A DNA stretch of 62,141 nt, counting the filler, from Diploschistes diacapsis (Eukaryota), in the NCBI GenBank assembly GCA_023645945.1. It is 9 parts of 9 records of this genome, joined end to end, with 100 filler letters (N's around TTAATTAATTAA, not from the genome) between each part and the next. Parts side by side here need not be neighbours in the genome. Positions count along the whole stretch, not along the records: positions 20,842 to 27,676 come from JALAIB010001346.1; positions 27,777 to 34,599 come from JALAIB010001347.1; positions 34,700 to 41,509 come from JALAIB010001348.1; 6 more parts are not named here. One strand, given 5' to 3'. The position numbers and the translations under genes are program-made. The notes below the pieces were generated by a model. That model searched no databases, was not told the DNA's origin, and saw only the letters and a program-made list of their open reading frames with translations. Positions 24,256 through 35,389 of the stretch are shown one piece after another (position 1 is the first letter of the stretch; every line of letters begins with the position of its first letter).

Positions 24256-24803
24256 TCGAGCTTGTGCACACTTAATAGTTTCGGATCTTTTAAAGAGCAA
24301 TTCCGCGACTCTTCGAGATTATATACTGATGGTAACTATGCCATAAGTCGACCGAGGATAAAAGCTCTGCAATTGTTTTTTGCAACGCTAAGAGCTCGAA
24401 GATGAGAAGATTACTTACCTCCTTTCGCTTCCCTTGGCGTTGCCACCTATTTTCGACTTGAAGCTGCTGGCCCGAGTAGCTGGAGCTACCCGGGCACACC
24501 TATAACAACCCCCTTCTGCGCACTGCTACTATCCTCTTCCTCACCGTTACAGCCGAGGGGCTGTGTCTTACCGAGATCTGGTATAACTAACACAGTGCAA
24601 GTAGGCTTGCGGACGAATGAGGTAATCGCTTCAATAGTCTAAAATGATTTCCTCTGCAAAGGAATAAAGATGGCGGCTCTCAAAATTGCTGCATACATAC
24701 AAGTGATTGTTACAAAAGTTCGAGGGGTCCTCAGGTAAATTCTCTGGTTATCAACTGTGAGCCGCAGTTGCTTCCCATCGGGATTCATCACGGTGGAAGG
24801 ACC

Positions 24804-25690
24804 ATGACTACTCCAAGAGTCTTCATTGTTCGCCATGGAGAAACCGAGTGGTCTCTGAATGGGCGCCATACGGGAACCTCTGATATCCCATTGACTGAAA
24901 ATGGTGAGAAGCGAATAAGAAGCACAGGTCACGCGCTTGTTGGTGATGACAGACTCATTGTCCCCAGCAAAATTGCGCACATGTAGGTTCCCAATATGTA
25001 GTTGTGCCCTTCCAACCATGCTCATAATATCAACAGCTATGTCTCGCCCAGGAAGCGTGCTCAGAGGACCCTAGAGCTATTGAATCTCGGCTGCCATGAT
25101 GCTTTACCCTGGGCAAAAGAAGCCAACGACTCGATCCAGACCGATGTCGGTAATGCTAGAGTCGAGATTACCGAGGACATTCGTGAATGGGATTACGGAG
25201 CGTACGAGGGCCTCACGAGTAATTTCATCAGAAAACAGAGGGAGGAACGCGGCGAAGGACCATGGGACATCTGGAGAGATGGCTGCCCTGAGGGCGAGTA
25301 AGTGGATCGAGCTTCCTGCTGCGAGCTGGCTCCGATCTGTAAACTAGGCAACACTTATCCCCAGCTAATGGAGATAGGTCCCCTGAGGAAATCTCAAAAC
25401 GGCTAGACCAGTTGATAGCGGAAATCCGCTCCAAGTACCATGAGCCTGCCCTTCAAGGGAAAAGTGACCGCCCAGATGTTCTCATTGTTGCGCATGGACA
25501 TATCCTGAGAGCCTTCGCTATGAGATGGATCGGACGCAAGCTAGAGACTGGGGTGTCCCTGATCCTCGAAGCTGGAGGAGTCGGCACCCTTAGCTACGAG
25601 CATAATAAGATCAACGAGCCGGCTATTTTGCTTGGGGGTTCATTTGTGGTGGACGTTGTCGAGAATGCGAGCGGCTCCAGAAAACCGTGA
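24804..25690 (+). CDS. SHB17: Histidine phosphatase (PGM family), sedoheptulose-1,7-bisphosphatase-like
   Basis: [48 protein letters not shown] and VAHGHILR motifs; two introns. Confidence 0.85.
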
Positions 25691-25982
25691 CGGGGAATAT
25701 GTGCTTCACGAGAGAAGCGCCAGGGGAATTAGCAACCCGTAGAACAAGACCTGCAGCCTCGACTTTAGAATTGGATACATTAAAAGCCAAAGATATTACC
25801 CCTGAGCAGCTTGTAGTTGGCTCTTACGGATCAGCATTTCTCCGTCGGAGCTCTCCAGGCCCCCCTCAACCCTGCATTTGCCCCCACTACCGAAATTCAC
25901 TGTCAACACAAACACCTAGACAAGCACCAAAGAAACTCTTTCACTGTGAATCAAGAAAATACAGACGTCTTTTGCTTACAAA

Positions 25983-27086
25983 ATGGAACCCACACCCTCT
26001 GCTGATCAGCACGCTTCGTCCGACCTTCGTAAGGTTGACGCTGAGACCGAGCTTGCTACGAACCCCAAGGGAAACGAGTCACTCGAACAACCAAAGGAAT
26101 CGTCATACACCGATATGGCCAGCAACGCTGCTACTACCGCTGCCGCTCAGGCCTCAGCGACCGCTACTTCCATGAAAGACAATGTCTTCTCCATGTTTGG
26201 CGGCGGACCGAAGAAAGAGAAGAAAGAGGGGGAGGAAGTTAACGAGCCTTCTGGAAGTTCGAAAGCGAAAAGGGCAGAGGGCGAAGAAGACGAGGTAGGC
26301 ACGACTGTTTTGTAGACAGTTTAATAGACTTTTGGTCATCCGGACATTCTATATATGCGCGGTTTTCGTTAGCTATAGTGGCTGATTTTATCAACAGGGG
26401 GACCCGGAACGTGAAGTTGATGTGCACTTTGAACCCGTTGTCCACCTTACGGAGAAGGTTGACGTCAAGACAAACGAGGAGCAAGAGGAGCAGGTCTTCA
26501 AGATGCGCGCAAAGCTCTTCCGCTTTGACCGTGACAGCCGAGAGTGGAAAGAGCGCGGCACTGGTGATGTGAGGCTTCTGAAGCACCGCGAGAACCAAAA
26601 GACAAGGCTGGTGATGAGGCGAGATAAGACGCTTAAGGTCTGCGCAAACCATTACGGTATGTTGAATCCGCATGCGATCGAGGTATTAAGGTTCAGTATA
26701 AGTCTCATATCAGACTTGTGCAATCCTTATGCCGTTCATAAAGTGAGGCTTGGGCTACATGCTAATAGTTGTTCCAGTCGTGCCCGACATGAAGCTCTCT
26801 CCCAATGTCGGCTCCGACCGCAGTTGGGTTTGGAACGCTGCGGCCGACGTCTCCGAAGGCGAACCAGAAGCTTGTACGCTTGCCATTCGTTTTGCCAACA
26901 GTGAAAGTGAGTAGCTTGCACATCCCTTACGTGCGTCGCCAACTGACTTCTCCGCTAGACGCGAATCTCTTCAAAGAAGCGTTCATCAAGGCCCAGCAAG
27001 AGAACGAGGCCCTGTTCAAGGCTGACGCGGGCGAGGAAGGTGACGCTTCCGCAGCGGCCGTCGAGGCAGCTCCGAAGCTTGAGTAG
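25983..27086 (+). CDS. YRB1: Ran-binding protein 1 (RanBP1)
   Basis: [55 protein letters not shown] and [11 protein letters not shown] motifs; three introns. Confidence 0.95.
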
Positions 27087-27776
27087 ACCCACAATCTTGC
27101 TCGAGACCGACCCTGGGCTGAGGCGAATGTTTCTAAAGAGGTAAACAGTTGAAAGAGGGCGCGGGAAACTTTTCACACCCGACCAGCACGATATACAAAC
27201 GAGCAGGAATGCGCTTCACGGTACCCAAACCAGGCGCCGATGCCACCCCCACCACACACATATTCCGACTCCAATCGAATCACACAACGGAAGCACAGTC
27301 ATGTTAGTAGTTATGAAGCAGAGCAAAAGCGGGAGGCTAGCAGCGTGCGTGCGCTGCAGGTAGAGGATGGAGCCAAACGCATGTCCATAGATATCCCCAC
27401 GATAGTAATACTCAGATGGTGTTGAGACGAGAGAAAGGTTGCCTTTGGTGTTTTGTATTTGGTTGTATCCTGTATCCGCTCTGACGTTGCAAGGCAAGGC
27501 CCATTTAGATCTACCGCAAGGCAAAACCCCTATGTAGACGGTTCAGGCTTGCCAAAAGCAAATTTCCCATCCCTGCCCGCCTTTTCCACGCCCGAAACGC
27601 CACGCTTGCACAATCAAATAGAAAACCTGAGCCAGACCAACGCAAATCTCGCCTCTTCTAACCCCAAACCCAAACCNNNNNNNNNNNNNNNNNNNNNNNN
27701 NNNNNNNNNNNNNNNNNNNNTTAATTAATTAANNNNNNNNNNNNNNNNNNNNNNNNNNNNNNNNNNNNNNNNNNNN

Positions 27777-28686
27777 GGGGGAGGCAAGGTTGAGGTTGAG
27801 CGGTGGTGGAGTGGGCGGAGGCGGAGGAGGCGTAGAGGAGAGTGTTGTAGGGGGAGAAGTTGTGGCGGTGGTCGAGGCGGGTGAGGTGGTGGAGGAAGGT
27901 GTGTTGGAGGAAGGGCGTGCCGTAGAGGGCGTACATGGCGAGGTTCAGGGCGAGGAAGGTGGTGAGGGAGGTTAGAGTTAGGGCGATGCGGTCGCGGTTG
28001 AGGAAGTGGCGGGCGCGGGCGGAAAGGGTGATGCGTGCTGGTGATGAAGACGGCGACGAAGATGGTGCAAGTGCGGATGAGGTACTGGGATCGGAAAAGT
28101 ATAGCAGCAGCGACGGGGCGTAGATGAAGGGGTATATCTTGAAATGCACCCCCAGCCCCAGGAAGAATCCCGCGAGCGCCGCCCGCCGGCTCATGGCGGC
28201 CCAGAGCATCGCAACGACTATCACGCCCAGGAGGCCCTCGGAACTGCCCCGCGTCGAGATGGTGATGACCATTGGGTTCAGGAGCCAGACGCTCGCGTAC
28301 TTGAGGGCCGTCTCTCGGCTCATTGGCCGCTTCTCCTTTCCCGACGTGGTCGAACGGTCCATTCGGAGGACTAGATACAGGAGCCACCCGGCTACGACAT
28401 CAGAGGCTGCAAACACCACTTTGCCGAAGGAGAACCAGGCACCCCCAAGGCCGAGCCATGTTGTGGGGAGGAGCAACCAGGCTAGCAGCGGGGTGTAGCG
28501 GTATGTCTCGCGGAGGTAGGGGGAGCGGCCTTGGGAGACGTAGCGCGCCGCGTCAGTGAAGACGAGGTAGTCGATGTCGGTGTACTTGACGGCGGAGTAG
28601 GCATCTTGGAAGAGGCCGTAGATTAGGAAGCCGGCGCGAAGGAGGATCGAGAAGCGGAGGATGGTGGAGAGGCGAAAAATGGTCAT
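27777..28686 (-). CDS. GPI14: GPI mannosyltransferase I (PIG-M), 3'-truncated by the contig end
   Basis: VKYTDIDYLVFTDA, RETYRYTPLLAW, WLLNPMVITISTRGSSE, VHFKIYPFIY and RLDHRHNFSPY motifs. Confidence 0.95.
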
Positions 28687-29527
28687 CTCGATGACCTTGG
28701 AAACTTCGGGTTATTGGTGCGTAATAGCTCGAGATGGACATGCCATTTTTCCCCAGCTACAAAGGTAATTCTCCTTTTCCTGGAACCTAATAACGCTGGC
28801 CACGTATCGGAGCGCTCGTGGGGGGACGACTGGACTAAAAGCATATGCTTTTCCCAACCACAGTACTAAGTAGATCTTGTTGACCTCCTCACACTACCTC
28901 AGCCACAACTCAAATGCCGAGCTGTGGCTGCTGCTGCGGCGCCGCCAACTACAACTTCTTGAGTTCACATTTTCCTTCAGGACTGGCAGGATCACTACAA
29001 ATCTATCGAGCTGTACACGTGAACAACCTACAGTACTTGCACAAAGGTATCGCCTGGTGTCGCTTCAACGAACAGGCCGAATCTACCGACAGACAGTACC
29101 GTCATGCTGGAATTTGCAACCCAAGGCTCTGGGAGGGTGCCACGAGATGCTGATCTCTCACCTTCTGAGCCTCCACGGAAAGCGCGATGTCTCTCCTCCG
29201 TGAAGTGTGGCTGAATCTCGGACCTGGTCTCGTTCCAGATTTCGTCGCAGATCTTCTCAGCATATGCTACTATTGTCTCTCGCTTAAGTCTCTGTGAGCT
29301 GTTAGACAGTCACACCGACTCAGGTCATAACAATGGGCCTGGGCTTACTGTGTCTCACCCTTGGAGTTGAGTGCAATATATCAGTAGGTCATGTACTTCC
29401 CTTTTGCATCTCGTCTTGCTTCACATCACAAGTCATTACTACTTTCTTGCCTCTGAAGACCTGTGTACCAACCACTCCATATCTTTCATACACTAGCAAA
29501 GCCCTACACAGCACTGAGACACATAAT

Positions 29528-30337
29528 ATGCGCTCGAACTTGATGGACAACGACAGCTGTGACTCCGAGACTCTTGCGGACGACACTCTTTACATCTCGA
29601 ACGAGAATTGCGTTGACGATCATGATTCATTCGATCTTCTGCAAGTAGACCGGCGACTCATAGTATGCTGCGACGACATCTGGGAAGCGTCCAGACCCTT
29701 CGACACCACGAAGCCCTCCAGAGTGAGCCACAGCACCCAGCTCGAGAATACAATCACTGGTCCTCAAGTCACATTCTACGTTGCGGGTTTCGACACCGAA
29801 GCTGAGAGCGTGTACGAGGCATACAAGTTTCTTGTCAACAACCACTGTATTGGAGACGAGGTTTACTTCTACGGTTTCTCCCAAGGCGCTTTGATTGCTC
29901 GAGCATGTGCCGATCTAGTCGCTGAAATCGGTCTGTGTTCAGCGGACATGCTGAGCCAATTCTGGCAGGTATATGCAGCATACAGCGCGACTTTAAAAAG
30001 AATGGAAGCATTTGAAGGGTTAGGACGGCAAGCTTTGCACGGCTTTCTAGCGAGCTGCCGAAAAGATATCAACATACGAGCAGTAGAGGCAGACGATACC
30101 ATGTGGGCCCTCGATGCACTAGAGAACGAATACTTCAAGGCTGAACCTTCGAAGCAATCTCACGCGTACGACATACAGAACGCAAGCCGGCGGCTGGCTA
30201 AGTCTTACACACCTTTGAGCAGTAGCACTGCAGACCGTTCGCTCTCGTCCTTCGCAAAAGTTCCGACGTCAACAAAGCAGCGTGTTTCAAGCAAGCTCAC
30301 ATCTTGGTTTTCTCGGAGAAAGTGTGACATGGCGTAA
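29528..30337 (+). CDS. Degenerate, truncated DUF2235 (Tle1-like alpha/beta hydrolase) protein
   Basis: RRLIVCCDDIW, EAYKFLVNNH..GDEVYFYGFSQGALIAR and EADDTM resemble the family motifs CCDGTW, GFSRGAYTAR and GVWDTV. The C-terminal half is missing. Confidence 0.7.
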   Translation: MRSNLMDNDSCDSETLADDTLYISNENCVDDHDSFDLLQVDRRLIVCCDDIWEASRPFDTTKPSRVSHSTQLENTITGPQVTFYVAGFDTEAESVYEAYKFLVNNHCIGDEVYFYGFSQGALIARACADLVAEIGLCSADMLSQFWQVYAAYSATLKRMEAFEGLGRQALHGFLASCRKDINIRAVEADDTMWALDALENEYFKAEPSKQSHAYDIQNASRRLAKSYTPLSSSTADRSLSSFAKVPTSTKQRVSSKLTSWFSRRKCDMA

Positions 30338-31090
30338 AGGTACATCACTACGCAAATATGATGACCAAGTAGAGCACGCCAATCATCACTTTTACGTCTT
30401 AAGAGCTGGGAAGTTCAGCAGCAGCATGTTCGAATATCTCGGCTATGCTAGTCTGCACTCTGTTATGATACCTGACGACCAAATGATCTATTGAAGAGGA
30501 AAGACTCGCGCAGCCACGAACGGCTATTAGCTACAGAGAACAAAGTACCCTATCCGTTCAGTCATGTCTATGCTGTACGATCCAGAGCCTGGCTGGGTAA
30601 CATCCCCATTATCAGGAGCCAGAAGGGTGGACCACGCCTTCATTGAAGCTTTTCATGCCAAGCAAGGTGGATGCTTTCAAAAAAGTGGCATCAATCACCA
30701 CACGCAATCAAAGCGCAGGGTCGGCATGGCAGCACGGCTTATGAGAGGTGGTTGTCATGTTATTCTTCAATGCTTAGCGAGTCTTGTTCTTAAGCGCAGC
30801 GCGATTTACGCAGGCTGAATAGGGAGAATGTTCGGAGTATGATAGACTGAAATCGCCTCCCTTATGCTATTGGGGGATTCGCAACTACCAGATTATGACA
30901 ATATTGGTAGTTCCACTATAAGTTACAAATCAACATTTCAAATGTTCGTGCATACAAACAATTATCAGCTCGGGGAAAATAGATTGATTTGACCTCAAAT
31001 GCAGATCATTCCCCTGCGGTAAATTATTAAGTCATGTTGTAATACACGATATATTTATAACGGCAATGATCAGCAATAATCCCCGCATAA

Positions 31091-31189
31091 GGCGCTTTGG
31101 CCGAGTAGTTAAGGCGCTGCCCTCGAATTGTTTCAGACAGTTTTCAGGCAGTATCTTCGGATGCGTAGGTGCAAATCCTGCAGGCGTCG
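31091..31189 (+). tRNA. tRNA-Ser(CGA) with an 18-nt intron (31128-31145)
   Basis: Acceptor stem GGCGCTT/AGGCGTC, A-box TGGCCGAGTAG, anticodon stem CTGCC/GGCAG with CT-CGA-A, long variable arm, G73, and a downstream oligo-T terminator. Confidence 0.93.
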
Positions 31190-31763
31190 AAAAGTATTTT
31201 TCTTTTTTTGCTGAGATATATATTATTTCTATTCGTAATGATGAAGGATCGAAGAACAGTATATGCTAGAAGAATAGGAGAGGGTCACACGATTTCCGTA
31301 ACCTGCGATTCCGTCTATTAGCTACTTAGTGCTGATATTCTGCAGTATACCTTCATGGCCTAAAAATATGGAGGTACTGAGCTCTAAGCTGTAAAGATGC
31401 TTTGCCAGAAGTAAAATCCTGTATAATTCAGAGATCTAAAGTTTAAGCTTTTTATATGCATAACTCCTCGAGGTATCAGGAGAGCTGTCTGTGCAGACTA
31501 CCTACCCCGTTTGACCTGGGTTCGGTCATCATTCATAGTAAGATATCTCCTTTTACAGTAACACCCTCTTCCTAGTGACTGGATCATTAAAGATCGTTCT
31601 AGTTGACTGAAATTTTAGTCTAGAGATAATGAGCATATGAACGCTACGTGAAGCCAATAAGCAACCTCTACTGTCGCGGCTGACGAGGGCTAACAGCCTT
31701 ATTAAGAAGTGGTTGCCCGAATCGTCCGTCTTGACTCGGTTCTCCAGATCACACTCTATAGAT

Positions 31764-33962
31764 ATGAAGAGCGTCGCTATCATTGGCGCAGGCCCAGGCG
31801 GCCTCGTCGCTGCAAAGACCCTGCTTCACTCGCATCCGGCCAATACTTTCAGTGTGACCATCTTTGAAAAATCCAACGAGATCGGTGGGTTATGGAACGT
31901 CAAGAACCACACTCGAGATGGCTTTCTGCCTCCAAACATGCCAACAAACCTGTCAAGATATTCCGTAGCTTTCTCAGACTTGTCGTGGGAAGGCATGAGG
32001 TTTGGCAACAGGCCACCGCCGATGTTTCCGAAAGCATGGCAGGTGCAGGAGTATCTAGAAGAATATGCAAAGCGGTATATTCCAAAGGAAGCCGTCTCGC
32101 TGCGGACCGAAGTCAAGTTTGCAGACAGAATACTGGAGCATTCCAAGACTGTTTGGAAGATCAAGTACTCCACGACTGGAAGCCCCGAATTATCCGAAAG
32201 AACATTTGATCATCTACTCGTTGCTACGGGCTTCTTCGCTCAGTCCCGACCCATACAGTGCAAATTGGATGGGTTCAATCTAGGTGAAACGCCCACGAGA
32301 ATTATTCATAGCTCTAAATACAGAGCATTGGATGACATCTTACCTGCTGGAAAAGCGTCACAAGGCAACAAGATTCTTGTCATTGGTGGAGCCAATTCAG
32401 GGGGCGAGGTGGCTGCAGCAGTCGCCTTTGATATTTCATCTCGCCAATACTCGCCTGGTGGAGACGAGAGCCTAGACTATCAGATCGTACATATCACTCC
32501 ACGACCTATCTATGGGCTGCCTCTGTTCGTTCCAGGCGATGCTCGGGGAACCTTTTTACCACTCGATATGAAACTCTACAATATAGGCAAGCGCCCCGAT
32601 GGACCCATTTCATTCGCGTTTGGCAGACAGTTACCTGAAACAAGCCGTTTCGTTCACGGTCTCATGCAATCAACTCTTGGAACGGATAAATATGAAGTGG
32701 GGTTTCAACCTCCAGTAAGTAACGATTCCGTTGACCTTGCGGCGCCATATGCAGCGATTCAAGAACATTACGCTGGCTACGTCCGCTCTGGCCTCATTGC
32801 ACCTCGCTTAGGGCGTGTCGCCTCCCTTACTAGAGATAATGGTAATGAGGCGCTTACTGCCGTGATTGAAGATGCTTCGGAAGGGTTCGTTGTCAAGGAT
32901 GTTGCTGCAGTCCTGTATGCAACAGGATATACTCCAGCACCAGCTCTCGCAATTTTGTCCTCGTCTGTGAAGAAGGAGTTGGAGTACGATCCGGATAATC
33001 TTCGACTGCCGTTACTGATTTACGATGACGCGATTTCAAGTAACCCTTCGATACCGGATTTGGGTTTTGTTGGCTTTTACGAAGGCCCGTACTGGGGGGT
33101 CATGGAGATGCAAGCTCGATCTCTAGCCTGTAAATGGGCCGCCGAGAGCAGCGAAACTGGCTTGCAGGGGCGCAGCGAAAACTCGAAGAAACGTGAAAAG
33201 AGTCTACATGACGTGCGAGATGCAATGAAAAACGATAAGCTGCGGGTACCACAATACGTCTTCTCGGACTATCTTGCCATCCTCGAGCAGACTGCCGAAG
33301 AGCTTAGTCTAGAGAGGAATGACAATGGATGGAGCCCCAGAGAAGGTCCCGTTGCCCCAGCGAGATACCTAGACTATGGGAGTGATAGGTATGAAGCTCA
33401 AAAGGCAATGTCCGCTATGCAAGCTATGCTCCAAAAGTCAGCCAAGGAAGGACTTTACGTTGCACGAGCCACATTCCGCGGACTGCAAGGTGACTGGAAG
33501 ATACACCGTAAGCTCTCAAGTGTTGTTGCAGGCTTTCCCACGGGTATCTTGACGGGCACTGCAAGCTTCTGCCCTCGTATGCCAACGGATCCCGCATTTG
33601 ATTTTGAGTACCTCTATATAGAAAAGGGATCACTTGTCACTGATCAAGGCTTCACAACCGAGGCCCGTCGGCGATATGTCTACAGATATTCAGAGGAGCA
33701 GGACGAGATTAGCGTTTGGTTTGTCAAGCAGGATGGCAAGACGGTTGACTATTTCTATCACAGGCTTGACTTCGAGACCCCTCCTAGTGAGCGGCGTGAG
33801 CCGAGGGTGGTCGCTAAAGGGGATCATCTCTGCGAGGCGGACTTTTACTCGTCTTTTTACCGATTCCTATTTGATGGTGTTGCACTAGTGAGTTTTACGA
33901 TCAAGCATATAGTTAAAGGCCCGAAGAAAGACTATGTTTCGGAGACATTATATGAGCGGTAG
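31764..33962 (+). CDS. Flavin-containing monooxygenase-like protein fused to a C-terminal DUF6314-like domain
   Basis: GAGPGG FAD motif, ATGFF, IIHSSKYR, GGANSG and YATGY motifs. C-terminal LQGDWKIHR...GTASF...HLCEADFY...VKGPKKDY. Confidence 0.88.
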   Translation: MKSVAIIGAGPGGLVAAKTLLHSHPANTFSVTIFEKSNEIGGLWNVKNHTRDGFLPPNMPTNLSRYSVAFSDLSWEGMRFGNRPPPMFPKAWQVQEYLEEYAKRYIPKEAVSLRTEVKFADRILEHSKTVWKIKYSTTGSPELSERTFDHLLVATGFFAQSRPIQCKLDGFNLGETPTRIIHSSKYRALDDILPAGKASQGNKILVIGGANSGGEVAAAVAFDISSRQYSPGGDESLDYQIVHITPRPIYGLPLFVPGDARGTFLPLDMKLYNIGKRPDGPISFAFGRQLPETSRFVHGLMQSTLGTDKYEVGFQPPVSNDSVDLAAPYAAIQEHYAGYVRSGLIAPRLGRVASLTRDNGNEALTAVIEDASEGFVVKDVAAVLYATGYTPAPALAILSSSVKKELEYDPDNLRLPLLIYDDAISSNPSIPDLGFVGFYEGPYWGVMEMQARSLACKWAAESSETGLQGRSENSKKREKSLHDVRDAMKNDKLRVPQYVFSDYLAILEQTAEELSLERNDNGWSPREGPVAPARYLDYGSDRYEAQKAMSAMQAMLQKSAKEGLYVARATFRGLQGDWKIHRKLSSVVAGFPTGILTGTASFCPRMPTDPAFDFEYLYIEKGSLVTDQGFTTEARRRYVYRYSEEQDEISVWFVKQDGKTVDYFYHRLDFETPPSERREPRVVAKGDHLCEADFYSSFYRFLFDGVALVSFTIKHIVKGPKKDYVSETLYER

Positions 33963-34213
33963 CACAAGAATAAGATGCCCGATCTGCCGATGTAATTATC
34001 CGATGAGAACATAGTTGAAACAATTCCATATAATCGTTGTTGAAGGCCTTGTATGCCGACGCGAACAACCTACTTCTTGCTACACGCCGGAAAATTGGTA
34101 CCAAGAATTTCCATCAAGGATATCATATATCATCAGCCCGCTCCGTATAACAAAACCCAATACTTTGATCCCACCTCACCTATTGCCCCTATATCAAACT
34201 CACCCCTTCACAG

Positions 34214-34546
34214 ATGTCCGCCTCACCTTCAAAGCGTCTCCGCACATCTTCACCTCACAAATCCTCCAAACCCTCCTCACGCACCAAATCGACAACGACA
34301 ATGACCTCCTCCTCCTCCTCCTCCATCACCACCCCTTCACGGTACATGCCCATGTTCGAATCCTTCCGCACCTCTCTTGACGAGCACCAGGACCGGCGCG
34401 AGCGTGTGATTAAAGCCTCACGTGACATCACGGCTTTAAGCAAGAAGATGTACCTTCCCCTTTCCCACCCTCTCTTCCGCCTCAGGTTTCCATAGCAGTC
34501 GCGCTACACATCAAGCTAACAGTCACAGGATATTCTCCCTGCAACG
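34214..34546 (+). CDS. Translin-associated factor X (TRAX), 5' part, cut by the contig end
   Basis: MFESFRTSLDEHQDRRERVIKASRDITALSKKM|IFSLQR is the conserved TRAX N-terminus. Confidence 0.88.
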
Positions 34547-35389
34547 GTACTTTCCCCCGCTCTTTCCCCCTTCCCCCATCTCCTTCACTGCCAATCTCCN
34601 NNNNNNNNNNNNNNNNNNNNNNNNNNNNNNNNNNNNNNNNNNNTTAATTAATTAANNNNNNNNNNNNNNNNNNNNNNNNNNNNNNNNNNNNNNNNNNNNG
34701 TTGGGGGAGGGAGGGGTCGAGGTTTTGATCCATTTTTTTTTGGGATGGGGAGTGAGGTGAGGTGAGGTGTTAGATGTGGTGAGGGATGTGTGGGAAAGGT
34801 AAGAAGGTATGGTTCAGTAGAACGAGCCCAAGCGTTATCGATAAGCGGTCCAACCAATTAGCATCCTCCAAAAGCGGAGCTTGTTTTTCTTTCCATGTTT
34901 CTTCTACCCAGCGGAACTCCTACTGTCCTACATACACGGGTCTTTTGAACCTCTGGGACGTGCTGCAAGACCTCTTTGCATTCACTTGATACAACTGACA
35001 TGGTAGCTTAGCTGACACTTCTAGCAGGTAGAGAGAGACATGTCAAAGCCTTGCACTCGAATTTCTTCTGCCTCACGCTTCCCCTCATCTGCAATGTGAC
35101 GTGTCTTTGCTATAGAACTTCTGCTCTGCAGGGCCGTGGCTTCGGCATCACTTCGAACCCTTTTCCAACTTCTCTTTCCTGTTTGATAACCGTACCAGAG
35201 CAGATCTTACAGCTCTCTCATTTACGACTCCAACACGTTCCTCGAAAAACAGTAGCAGACTGCTCAAGCCTGGCCATTCTCGCGTTGCCTGTCTAACAAC
35301 ATACTGGACCCAACCCACATTGCAGGCTCTGCAACCTAAAAGTCCAGCTTCAATACCCTCTCCCCATAGTGTCTGCCTCTGTAACCACG

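Noticed and set aside
27660..27676. Telomere-like CCCAAA units at a contig end
   Set aside because: Only 2-3 units and not CCCTAA; part of the C/A-rich flank pattern.
28553..28746. Upstream ATGs/uORFs before GPI14
   Set aside because: Transcription start unknown, and such ATGs are common by chance.
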